Assembly: GCA_037447605.1 (NCBI GenBank)
Contig: CM074812.1
Coordinates: forward strand, 1,178,001-1,242,000
Source: Zygnema circumcarinatum SAG 698-1b
Lineage: Eukaryota > Plantae > Zygnematophyceae
DNA: 64,000 bases
Reading direction: 5' to 3'
Positions 1-16,328 of this stretch are shown here, one piece after another (the stretch's first letter is position 1; every line of letters starts with the position of its first letter). The translations under genes were made by a program, and so were the position numbers. The notes under the pieces were generated by a model. The model did no database searches. It was not told where the DNA came from and saw only the letters and a list, made by a program, of their open reading frames with translations.

Positions 1-638
1 CTTAAGGCGCGGCGGAGGATGCTTGGGAATATTCGATTCGTTGGAGAGCTTTTTAAGAAGGGCATGCTGTCGGAGCGCATCATGCACGAGTGTGTGTTGA
101 GACTGCTTGGGGATGTGGAGGTAAGCAGGTGTCTCCCAGTATGTAACAGAAAAGAAAGTGAGGTAGAGAAGGGACAGGAGATGGGTTGCGGACATCCTCT
201 GCCAGTAGTGAAATTCTAGGGAATCTTGTCTGCTACATTACGAGCTATCGACATTTCGTCAGTGAAGTGACCCATTTGTGGGAAGTTGGGGGCTTTCAGA
301 CTCCGGATGAGGAAGATGTGGCGGCGTTGTGCAAACTCATGACCACCATCGGAAGCATGCTGGACCATCCCATGGCAAAGCAGCACGTTGATGCGTATAT
401 GATCTTCATTGAATCGCTTTCAGTTCATCAAAAACTGCCGAGTTGGATCAGGTTTGCTTTGAAGGATCTCCTCGACTTGAGAAGGAATCGATGGCAGGCA
501 AGGCGAAAGATTGAAGGCCCCAAAAAGATCGAAGATGTTCATAGGGATGCAGTGCGGGAGAGACACGATGCCGTTGCTAATGCAGGCAGGCAGCTGATGA
601 ACAGGTCCTCCTCTCGTGGTGGAAGAAGGAAAAGGTGA
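1..638 (+). CDS. eIF4G: eIF4G-like protein, C-terminal part of the MIF4G domain (5'-partial; exons <1-120 and 300-634/638)
   Basis: The spliced translation [82 protein letters not shown] is the typical plant eIF4G MIF4G end. Donor GTAAGC at 121, acceptor TTTCAG at 299. The true 3' end is uncertain. Confidence 0.85.
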
Positions 639-1420
639 CCTCCTTCCCCCCCTATTGTATATGTTTCCCTGCCTGCCTGTCTGCCTTTTGCAGGCCTGGC
701 ACGACCTGCACAAGTGGTACAGATGGCTGGAGGAGGAGATGGAGAAGGAGGAGGAGGAGGAGGAGGAGTGAGGAGCTCCATCTCCATCTCCGCTGCTCGC
801 CGTAAAGGGCGGGGCTGCTCTGACTGCGCCTCCTGGCAGAGAGGCGGAATGACTTGTACAGTGCAAAATTTGGACACGCAGACAGGGCACAAACATTCAT
901 TGTATCTTTCACGTCTAAATTTTTTTTCACCTCTCGGCTCAACCTTGCCGTGGTTGATGTGTCTCCAGAAACTCACACTCTTCCCATTAAACGTGATGGA
1001 CGCCCTTTTGTTTCCTTGGAGCCGTGGGCCATGGTATCATCACATGAATGGTTGAACCACCGCGGACATGCGCACATGTGCTAATGTTAGTTACTGCATT
1101 GTCTTGTGTTCTCGGTTCCAAGGGCTTCCAAGCTTTCATCTTCGTGTTTTGAAATATGAATGTGCTTACAGCGGTCTTGAATTGGCAAAGAAGCGGTCTA
1201 CTGAAAAAGGCTAATCTTTGGTCTTCACCTCATAAGGTATCCTCTGTGAAGGAAAAGAAAACTTGGCAGTGGTCTCACGCATGAAAGGTACACGGACCAA
1301 CAGCAACACGGGGAACCACGAGGCACCCACCGCTCTCAAAGGTCCCCTCGGGACAACGTTAAAGTGTCAAAGGTTTTGTGGGCCAGCATGGGCTCTTCAT
1401 GCCCATTGTAGAGCCGCTGT

Positions 1421-1590
1421 GCACGTGGCGAGTCGTCAGTGGCTGATTCAACGGCCGAGGAGGATCCTGCATACGTGGCGAGTCCCCAATGGTTGAGCTA
1501 CTCTTGAAAAAGCATTGGCACGTGGCGACCCCCTATTGGCGGAACCAGCTCCTGAGTAAGGTGCATGGACACGTGGCGAGTCCATTGGCC
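1421..1590. promoter_or_regulatory. Four ~50-bp-spaced ACGTGGCGA (G-box/ABRE) plus ATTGG-like composite modules upstream of the GT92 gene
   Basis: CGTGG cores at 1424, 1474, 1521 and 1572, followed by AGTGG (N9), AATGG (N9), ATTGG (N9) and ATTGG (N7). Confidence 0.6.
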
Positions 1591-1714
1591 GAGCCGCCCC
1601 CGCATTCCGCCGTGGCCCCGGGCGACGGTCCCTCCCCGCCAACGGCCAAAGCAGCGTTCGCACGTGCGGGGGGGCCTGCTCCGGCGGCAGTTGAAGGCCC
1701 AGCCAACGGCCGGG

Positions 1715-1757
1715 GGAGCAGGAGCAGGAGCAGGAGCAGGAGCAAGAGCAGGAGCAG
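1715..1757 (+). repeat. (GGAGCA)n hexanucleotide repeat just 5' of the GT92 start codon
   Basis: About 7 tandem copies, one variant. Confidence 0.9.
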
Positions 1758-1763
1758 GCAGCC

Positions 1764-4700
1764 ATGGCGGGCAAGGGCGAGGGCGAGGCCAGGGGCAGGG
1801 GCGGGCTCAGGGTGGCTCTCACGGCGGCGGCCTTTCTGATGGCGTGCTGCGTGGCCGACGTGGAGGCCGCGAGGAGGATGCTGCGGGCGGTGGAGCGGAG
1901 CGGGGAGGAGGGGGAGAGTGGCACGTGGGACCATCAGGTTGGTCCTTCTTGCAAGTAATAGCTCGAATTTTGGCACGTGGCGGGGAATGCGTAGGGAGTC
2001 AGGGTTTCAGGTCAAGTGAGCATAGCGCATTTCTGAATGGCAAGATGTGAATTAGAGAATGTTTATTTTGTATTAAATGATGGATTAAATAACGATAAAT
2101 ATTACAGCCCTTGTTTAGTTTGAGGAGAAATTTACGGTGTTACTTATTTAAAGGATCATTAGGAAAAGTGCAATCTTTTTCTTTGCAAGGATAGTTTGGA
2201 AAAGGGTCGATTTGAAGTACCTTCACAGCAAGGAAAGGCCAAGAATATAAAAAGACTAAAGTAGGATAAGATACGGCAAGTAAAGGTACTCTTTAAAAAA
2301 TTATTAGCGTAGTGATTGGATTGACCTTGATTCTTCCACCAAAGAAAAATTATAATACTAAGAATGTTCCTGCTCGATTAAGCCACTACTGTTCACAGAT
2401 TCAGCTATTTACTCCCCCGGTCATACCTCTTTATTGTTGGTCCATTTCGCTTTCTTCATCTTTCTCTCTCTCTCTCCCCCTCTTCCATGAAAGGTAGGAA
2501 CCAAATGGGTGAACTGGTGAGTGTCACGGCTACTCCTACTGCATTTTTCTTGTTTTCTGCAACTTGAAAACTTGAGGCTGGATAGCGTCAGTCCTAAGTG
2601 CGGCGCAAGGTAGCGTTGAGTTTGCTAAGGAAATTCTCGTAACGGGTGTTTTGAATGATGCAAGACTTATAGGTGCTGTAATCAACTTCTGGCAGTCTCC
2701 AGACCCTTCCTTCACCCTCTCTTCCGCCCTTTGTTTTTTCTTTCTCTCTCGACCTCTCGATCTCTCTTGTTAACATAGGCGACCCTTTCAAGTCCTCCAT
2801 TTTGAGGCTTCTGATTTGCTATATGGCTGTGGATGTTACCTGCAATCTGTAGAGCAGCCATACAAGGGACGGAGGAGTCAATGGCTGCCTGCCAGGTGGC
2901 GCTCTCTCGACACACCGGATGCTAATGTTCGTCTATGCTCGGCGGCTCCCAATGTCTCTCCCTTTGTAGTGGGAGACTACCTCACGGAGGAGGGCCAGGG
3001 CAGACTGTCAGGTGAGTCTTCCAAGTAATAGTTTGGACACTCCAAGATCTCCCTGGGGATAGGGGGATCATTCAGAAGGTCATCCGGAATATGCACCAAT
3101 TTATGCCTGAATGGTGCTTTCCCTTGTTTTCCTGAAAGGTATCTCAATGTCATTTCTGAATAGGCACCGTACCTCTACACGTATTTTAACTACCATATTG
3201 TACTCCTCTTCGGAATATTTGCTGGCTAGCTCTGTTCAAGCGTGGGAGGTTATGGGCTCAGCCTCATGAGTGTACCTTCCAAGTTCGTGGAAGTATGCTA
3301 TGTATAGTTAACTCTTGCACTGTGCTGTTGTCTTTCTGTGACATTTGGGGGCTGAACTTCAGATGCAGCCGGTCATTCTGAGGCAGTCTTCGTCGTGCAC
3401 GTTTGCAGTGTTCGATGCGGAGGTGCTGAGTTCTACAGAGGGACCTTATCTCAACTTTCTCGCATTCCTGGAGTCTGCAAGAAGCATCAACTACTCGCAG
3501 TGGGAGGTATTTCCTCCCTCTCCAACCTCCCTCCCTTCCGTCCTCCCTCCTACAGTACTTCCTCCCTCTTTGCCTCGCCCTCTACCTTTCTCCGCCTTTC
3601 CCTCCTCTGTACGTGCCTCGCCCTCTGCCCACCACCTCCTCTGCCTTGCTTCTGCCTGCTTTCCTTTCTGCCACATTCTGTGCCTGCATCCCCTCCACCT
3701 GCCTCCGTCTCTGCCTCCTACCCTTTCTGTCTGCCCCGTTACCTCCCTTCCTCGCTGCCTGCACCTTTCTCTACCTCCCTCTGTACCTGCCTCCGTCTCC
3801 GCCCCTCGTTTTCTCGGTTGTGTCCAAATTGAGAGAGAGGGGGGGGAGTATGCAGCATTGGGGCCCTGCAGTCGTGGACGAGGAGTTGGCCCTCAGCCTG
3901 CGATTGCGCTGCCGCTTCTACCGAGGTACGAAAAAATCCAACCAACTCTCCAACGTTGGAAAAACTCTGTGTACAAATTCTTGAAAACTTCGTCATAAGC
4001 CATCAAATCATGAAGCGTCGGTTTTTAAAGGCTGCCATGGTCATGGATGCATGCGGGGCAGGTGTGCATCCGGACGTGAAGGCATGGGAAGCTCCCTTGT
4101 ATGAGGTGGAGCTGCGTGTGGGAACGTTGCTGAATCACTACCTCTACCTGCATTGTCCCCTTCCCACAGCCCTAAAAGTGGAGCCCCACTCCCTTCTCAC
4201 AGCACCACACTTTCAGGTGCATATCACCCCTCACTCGCCTCTCGAACTTCACAGGGCCATTGAAGAGCTGGGACGTTCAAGTTTGCTGGAGAAAGCTGGA
4301 GGATGTGACTCGTTTTCGTGATAAATCAGCAATATTGTAAAGAAGGGAAGGGAAGAAGCCGACTTATATTGGTAATGACTTAAAGGAAAACAGACACATA
4401 ATGTGTGGGAGAGCCTCTCGGCTGACATCCTGCAGTAGGACGAATAGTTCAGGGCAATAGCTCATCAATCAAACACTGAAGAATGGGGTGCTCGATGGGA
4501 TCATCAAGCTGCTCTACCTTTTCAAAAGAACACGATCTATAACACTGCAAGTTCGACGGCCAAGTATCAAAAAATACACTCATCAGTTTCAGATAGCCGA
4601 AGTCTTCTTATTGATGTGATGTGCCTGTTTTTTTCTTTTTTCAATCATAACCGTAATAGTAGACTGTGAAACTTGAGACCAAGCTCTGTTGACTTTTTGA

Positions 4701-7700
4701 CTGTCTGTTTAACTTGGGGACCATCAAACCACAGGTTCAGCTTGTCCTCTCCGACGGTGCACCGGGAATTCTGCACATGGAACCGTTACCTCTCTGCCGT
4801 TACGACGGAAATCTTGACTCCATTCCGCAGTCCGAAAGAAGCCTGCCACCTTACACGCCTCTTCAGTATTCCGCTGAACCGAGCGATACGGAAAACATGG
4901 AACCCACCCGCAGCTTGGAAGCTGCCCCAGAATCGAATTCATCTGTCTCTATATGCGTGCGGCCGTTTCATCAACATCCTCTTTTTGTGGCCAAGTACGT
5001 AAGAGCATGTATGCCCGGGACAGCCTTAGAGCCGTTGAACTTTACTTCCGTTATGTTCAAGCATGTAGGGAGTCTCTTATACAGGTTATGATCTGTTGAT
5101 TCTTTCCATTTTTCTGATGCGAACTGAGTCCCATTCGTCGTGGGTTGCGTGGGTTTCACGCATTTTGATCTCGTCAATCTTCTATGGTTCTTCTTTCCTT
5201 CTTTCCTTTTTCCTTCTTCTTTGAAACGACGAGTCAGGTTCTACTTTTTCCAACCTTGAAAGCGGATTTGAAGTGATCATGTTGTGCAGGGGCTCAACTC
5301 ACAGCGGGCTGCGGCTTTTGGAATTTGTGAACCACCATCTGCTGCTAGGCGCGCAACGCATATACTTCTACGACCGCTTTGGAACAGAAATGGAGCCGCT
5401 GCTCCATGTCAGTTCACTTCCCAGCTTTACGGAAAACTGAGACAAGGAACCATGCTTTGTTCTCAAATTTGGAAGTACAAAAGCAAGATTCGTCCAATGC
5501 CATATAATTCACTCGCATTCACGTGAACTGAAATTACTGAATATTGAGTAGAAAAGTTTGAATACTTTAATGTGTACACCGCTCTTTCTGAAGTAGCAAA
5601 TGTGGTGGCACGTGGCAGGCTCACATTGAACGAGGTCTGGTAGTGCATCTTCCCTTCCCACAGTGGTCGGAGGTTTTCTACCGGAGAGAGAGCTTCTTCG
5701 GAAAAGCGAAGTATCCCTACGAGTAAGCGAAAGGCAGTACTACAAGTTTTTAATATTGGAGTTATTTTTGGAGACAATGGCAGTCGACGCTTCAGAGGCT
5801 AACTGTCTCTGGCTATCTCGGTCATCTCCTCTTTATTTCTCTCTTTTTCTGTGTCTCCCTCTCTCTGTTTCTCGCTTCTCCATCTCTGATGGTTTGATTT
5901 TACCGGAGAGGGCGCAGCTTTCCGCAAATGTATGATCAAGTGATCAACATTCAGATGTGTCTCATGGAGGTATATCGTTCTCCCCCCACGCCCATACATG
6001 CATGCATGCGCATGGCTTGCTCTCGCAGAGGAAGTGTGAGAGTGGGGAAAGGAAGAGAGACACAGAAGTGGGGTTGCCAGTGATAGTATTCTTGAATAGA
6101 CCCTCAAACTTGACCAAGTTTGAAGGTGGGAGCGAGCCTTGCAGGGCCGCAGAAATAAAGACCGGTGGATATTCATCATCGACACCGACGAATTCTTGCG
6201 GGTACGGCACAGTAGGCCAATATCTCGAGTGGTTTCAAGTGTGATCTTCCTTAACAAAACAAGCATGAAGCCGGCGAACTTCAAAACAATAGAGAGAACT
6301 AACATCTACACGACTAAACAGATAGCTAAAAAGTGCTTTTTTTTTTTGTAAGAAATAGAATGTGAACCTTGAACGGATAGATTTCATGCAAAAGAGTGGG
6401 TCCAATGTGGCGCAGTATCCGGAGAAAGTGGCAGGAAACCTTCCCCATGTGATGCAAAAGTATGAGGAAAGCTTCTCCCGCTCCCACCATGGCTCATCCC
6501 TCCACATGCTCCGCATTCGCCGCTTCAACTTCTTCGGAGACAACAACGGAACAAAGGGAGGGCTCGTCCTGCAAAGGAGCATCACACGCTGCGAAGGACC
6601 GACAGTGGTACGGACACGGCCCGGCTCGCCCTCTTGTAGGGAGGGCACTTACTGTACCGGAGAGAGGACTTTTTTCTGGGTTTTTTCTTTGGAGGAGCAG
6701 AGAGGGAGGATGGGAAAGGGAGGGGGAGGTTCAGAGAGAGGGTAGGGGGATGGCGGAGTGAGGAGAAGGGGGGGAAACAGAGAGAGTGGAAGAAAGGGAG
6801 GGGGAGTTGTAGGGAATGAAGGGGGAGGAGAAGAGAGAGAGGAGGGAGAGGGACAGAGAGAGAAGGAGGAGGAGCAGAGAGAAACAAAGGGTAGCGGAGG
6901 AGAGCTTGTTTTGAGGAGGGTGTGTTGGGGGATTTAGGTGAGCAGAAGAGGAGGAGCCTCTAGTTGAGGATTTCCCTTTTTTTGAACTAGGAGAATACTT
7001 TATTAACGCCATGCATGCATGCATGCATGCATGTGTTGTGGCAGCATGTTGTGGGTCCGGGAGACTTCTTCTTCAAAGACAAGGTGGCCGTACGGCCGGC
7101 TCACATGCAGGGAGTGCGCCTTCTCGTGCACGGCGCAGAGTACGGCTCCCTCTGTGCTCTCCTTGTTGGGTTTCTTGAGAGATGTAGAGAGTTAGGGTTG
7201 GTTATTAGGCACCTTTAGAGTTTTCTGGAATTCAGAGGGGTCTTTGGAAAAGTGTGTGCAGAAACATGAGCAGCTCGCGCAGCATGGACGGCAACAGCGC
7301 GATTTTGCGCATTCAGCACTACGTCTCCTCCTCTCCGGAACAGTTTTTTGGAAGAGGGGGAGAGGGCTGCAACAAGGTCAGAAAAAGGGATCACTCACCA
7401 CCTGACACGTGGCAGCAAGGAGTCCCTTCTTTGCTCGCTTGCTAACTCCGTCCATCTCTTGTGCAAGTCTCCAGATAGACTCACCTTTCAAACCCTGAAA
7501 GTCCTACAATCCCCCATCCCCAAATCTTTTATTGCTCCGCTACCCACTAAACAAGGAACTAAAGCCATTTCCCGTCCCCTCTTGTAGCGGCGCGAGCCAC
7601 TTTTTTTCTTAGTAGTTTGCTTTACCAAGAGCTAAGCTTAAAGAAGAAATGCGTGTGCTGTTTTGTATTGCGTTCTGTGTGCGAGAGAGAGAGAGAGAGC

Positions 7701-7879
7701 AGGAGGAGAGGCCCTGGGAGGCGAGTCCGGAGGTGGCCTCGGACCGCTCCCTCCTCTGGGCGGCCTCCCTCCTCCAAACCTGCACACGTGCGGCCGCCTG
7801 CGCCGCCCTCAGGGAGGGGACCTGCGGGCGGCTCTGCCCCAGGGGGGACCGCCAGACACGTGGCGACCTCAGAGTCTGA
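1764..7879 (+). CDS. Glycosyltransferase family 92 / DUF23-like type II membrane or secreted protein (multi-exon, ~14 exons)
   Basis: N-terminal hydrophobic segment (LRVALTAAAFLMACCVA). Spliced exons give GT92-type motifs in order: LRCRF, YLHCPLP, SVSICVRPF, LLEFVNHHLLLGAQRIYFYD (~5290-5410), QVINIQMCLME, WIFIIDTDEFL (6160-6200), RIQHY, DRSL. Last exon 7703-7879 is inferred. Confidence 0.75.
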
Positions 7880-8070
7880 CACGTGGCACTCTCACAATAC
7901 GACACGTGGCACACATGGGAGGGACGCGCGAGCAACTGACACGTGGCATACACGGGAGGGCCGCATGAACGACTGACACGCGGCATCTCTTAGAAACTGA
8001 CACGTGGCACGCGCGGGAGGGTCGCACGAGCAGCCGACACGTGGCATTCCGGGCCCTTCCTGGCACGTGC
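7785..8070. promoter_or_regulatory. Array of GACACGTGGC (Em1a-type ABRE/G-box) elements
   Basis: Perfect GACACGTGGC at 7855, 7878, 7901, 7938, 7999 and 8036; GACACGCGGC at 7975; CACGTG at 7785 and 8064. Confidence 0.65.
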
Positions 8071-8482
8071 AGACTTCTGGGAAAAGGGGTTGCTTTTTAA
8101 AGCATCAGCTGATTCGGCAAGCGACCTGCGCTTCTCGCAGGCGTAGCATTGCACGATTGCTCTCTCCCCCTCTCTCTCCCTCTCTCTCTCGCTGCCCTCC
8201 CCTCTCTTTCATTCTCTCCCCCTCAGCCGCCTCTCTGCCCCCCTCTCTCTTTCTCACTGTCTACCCTTCTCTCTCTCTCCCTCTCTGCCTCCCCACCCCC
8301 TATCTCTTGCCCCCCCCTCTCTCTCTCTCGCTCTCTCTCTGCGCATGTCGCGCAGCTAGGGCTGGCTGTGTCTGTGGAGGCATTGATAGCCTGAAGAAGG
8401 CGAGGGGGCGTGTCCTCTCCGCCCGCAGCCTGTCGGGGGTCAGAACTTTTGGGGGGGGCTGGCAGGCAGGCAGGGCGCTTGG

Positions 8483-8562
8483 TCAGTTCAGTTCAGTTCA
8501 GATTTGTTCAGTTTAGTTCAGTTCAGTTCATTCCAGTTCAGTTTAGTTCATTTTAGTTCAGT
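8483..8562 (+). repeat. Degenerate (CAGTT)n pentanucleotide microsatellite
   Basis: TCAGTTCAGTTCAG... with TTAGT and ATTTG variants, about 16 units. Confidence 0.9.
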
Positions 8563-8730
8563 AAGGTCAGGACCGACCGGCAATGCTGTTATTGAAATGT
8601 GCTCAATTTTTTAATGGCTGCGCAAGCGAGGCCATGGCTGCATCCATGGACATGGTGCGGCCAAATGTGAACCAAGTGATTCGCTCCCTTTCCCTCTCCC
8701 TCTCCCTCTCCCCCTCCCTCTCCCTCTCCC

Positions 8731-8740
8731 NNNNNNNNNN
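8731..8740. other. Assembly gap (10 N) within a (CCCTCT)n tract
   Basis: N run flanked by low-complexity CT repeats. Confidence 1.
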
Positions 8741-8967
8741 CCTTCTCCCTCTCCCTCTCGTCCTTCATGGCGTCCACGTGTTCGTTGTTTCCGCGTTTTC
8801 CGGAACTCCCCTCCGAGAGTTCAGGAGGCGCGACCGCACGCCCACTCGGATGCTGCCACGTAGTATCCGCCTTCGCCACCGCCACGGCCACCACGGTGAC
8901 CGTCGGTCAAATCATATATACGCCTCACTCGCACACGATTGGCCGGCTGCTCATAGTAAAAAAAAAA

Positions 8968-9913
8968 GGGTAGTGATATTTCCACCCCTTTTTTGGATCC
9001 AAACACCCCTTCCCGGCCGGGCAGATTTCAAAAAGGATTAAAAACGGAAAATGCTTTTTTCACACCTTTTTGGAATCGATACCACCCTCCATCGGCAGAT
9101 TTTATTTCTGCGAAACAAGGAAAATAATAACCCGTCACCCTATTTTGAATATCCCGCCTACCTGAATTTTTTTTCACGCGTGCGGTCAATCGCAGCCGTC
9201 GATTCCCTCGCAGATCCCAACACGACAGATCAATATTTGATCGGCAGCCGGGCTCGGTCACAGCGCATGGCACGTGTCCACGTATCCCGCCAAAGTCCTC
9301 TCAAAAGTTTGTCCGTACAAATGTCATACGGTCGCAACCTGAGGAACCCAAAATTTTGTACATTGAGATCTTAGACCAATCACAAATTTCCACGTCAAAA
9401 ATGTAGCACGTGGCAGATGTTGATTGGCTGAGAGCTAACAATGACGAGATCTCGGGCCGAAGGACGCGCGCACTCGCACGTGCGATTTGGCTTTGACGGG
9501 ACTCGTGGGCGCTTTCCATTCGCTAAGATCGAGCCCGGCTGCAGATCGAACGGTGATCTGCAGTGGTGTGATCTGCGAGGGAATCGACAGCTGCGATGGA
9601 CACACACGTGTAAAGGACGGACACCCGCGAACGATCTCGTGGCGGACGGATCTTCCGCTCCGAGCGGATTCGGGCAGGCAGATATTTCTTTCCCTCAAAA
9701 AAAAAATTCAGGGAGGCGGGAGACAGTATTCAAAATGCGATGACGGGGTATCATTTTCCTTGGTTAGCAAAAATAAAATCAGCGGACGGAAGAAGGTGGG
9801 TATCGATTCCAAAAAGGTGTGAAAAAGCATTTTCTGTTTTTAATCCCTTTTGAAATCTGCCCGGCCGGGAAGGGGTGTTTGGATCCAAAAAAGGGGTGGA
9901 AATATCACTACCC
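8968..9913. mobile_element. Non-autonomous Mutator-like element / MITE with long terminal inverted repeats
   Basis: The left end GGGTAGTGATATTTCCACCCCTTTTTTGGATCCAAACACCCCTTCCCGGCCGGGCAGATTTCAAAA is the reverse complement of the right end ending ..GGGGTGGAAATATCACTACCC. Inverted similarity extends ~200-290 bp inward. Flanked by A10 on both sides (8958-8967 and 9914-9923), consistent with a 9-10 bp TSD. No transposase ORF. Confidence 0.85.
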
Positions 9914-10951
9914 AAAAAAAAAAGAAAAATCCGCAATTTCGCTAAACGCCAAATTCCAAACAGACCGCTACCGACAGTCTACGCTACCGACAGCCTACTC
10001 TATTTTCAACTCATAATAATGACAATAGAAGCTACCGACGGTCTACGCTAACGACAGCAGGAAGCGCCGGCCAGTGGCGAGCCGTTTTAACGGCCGGTCC
10101 GCTCCGCGGACACCTGGCGGCTTCTCGCTCGTGTGGCCTCGCCCCCGCACGTATGGGGAGCCTGCGATCGGGGGGCGGGACCAAGACCAGGCGCGACCGG
10201 CGGTCCGAGGACCACCGGCGGTAACGGATCCGGTTGGGACGTTGATCGGCACGGGGCCCTGCGCTGCCACAGAGCGCCACCTGGAGGGGACGACTGCTGT
10301 GCCGGTGTAACCGCCGGAAGTACGGACGTGCGGCACCGACATTTCGTCCTGAAGTACCAGCATGAAGTGCCACGTGGTAGCGGGCGGAAGGGAGGCGCAG
10401 GCGAAGAAAGGAAACAAACGGATGTTTAACTTTGTGTTTCAGTTGATGTCACCCAAAAGTTAGACGGTGCGGTACAGCATGTCAGCAGACTGTGTTACTG
10501 ACGCAATGACCTGAAAAGCATATTTGCCTGTTTGGCGTAACAAAGGCGGGGCCGGGCGGACGAGCCTCAGCGCGACCGAGCATTGGCTTACGACCAGTCC
10601 GCTAGCGCCACGTGTCAATGACGTTAGTATGACGTAAGCATCACCTTCTAACTTGAAACGGCCGTAGACGCGGACGGACATCTGTACGGAAGTTGACGCC
10701 ATCACTTGCTGATGTCAGGATTTGGAGCAGGCCAAAAGTTAGTGCGATAGAGGGAGAGAGAGGGGAGGGAGAGGGGCAGGGAGGGACTGGAGAGGGACAG
10801 GGAGGGAGAGGAGAGAGTGGATAGGTCTAGGGAGAGGGAGAGAAGGGGGAGGTGGGGGAGGCGGATAGAGGAAAGAGACAGGGGGAGGGAGGGAGAGGGA
10901 CAGGAAGAGTAGGGGAGGAGGGAGGGAGGAGAGGGGGGAGAGGGAGGTGTC

Positions 10952-16328
<5,377 letters not shown>

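Noticed and set aside
7855-8045. CRISPR-like repeat-spacer appearance of the GACACGTGGC array
   Set aside because: Repeats are only 10-13 bp, spacers are irregular and partly duplicated, the context is eukaryotic, and there are no cas genes.
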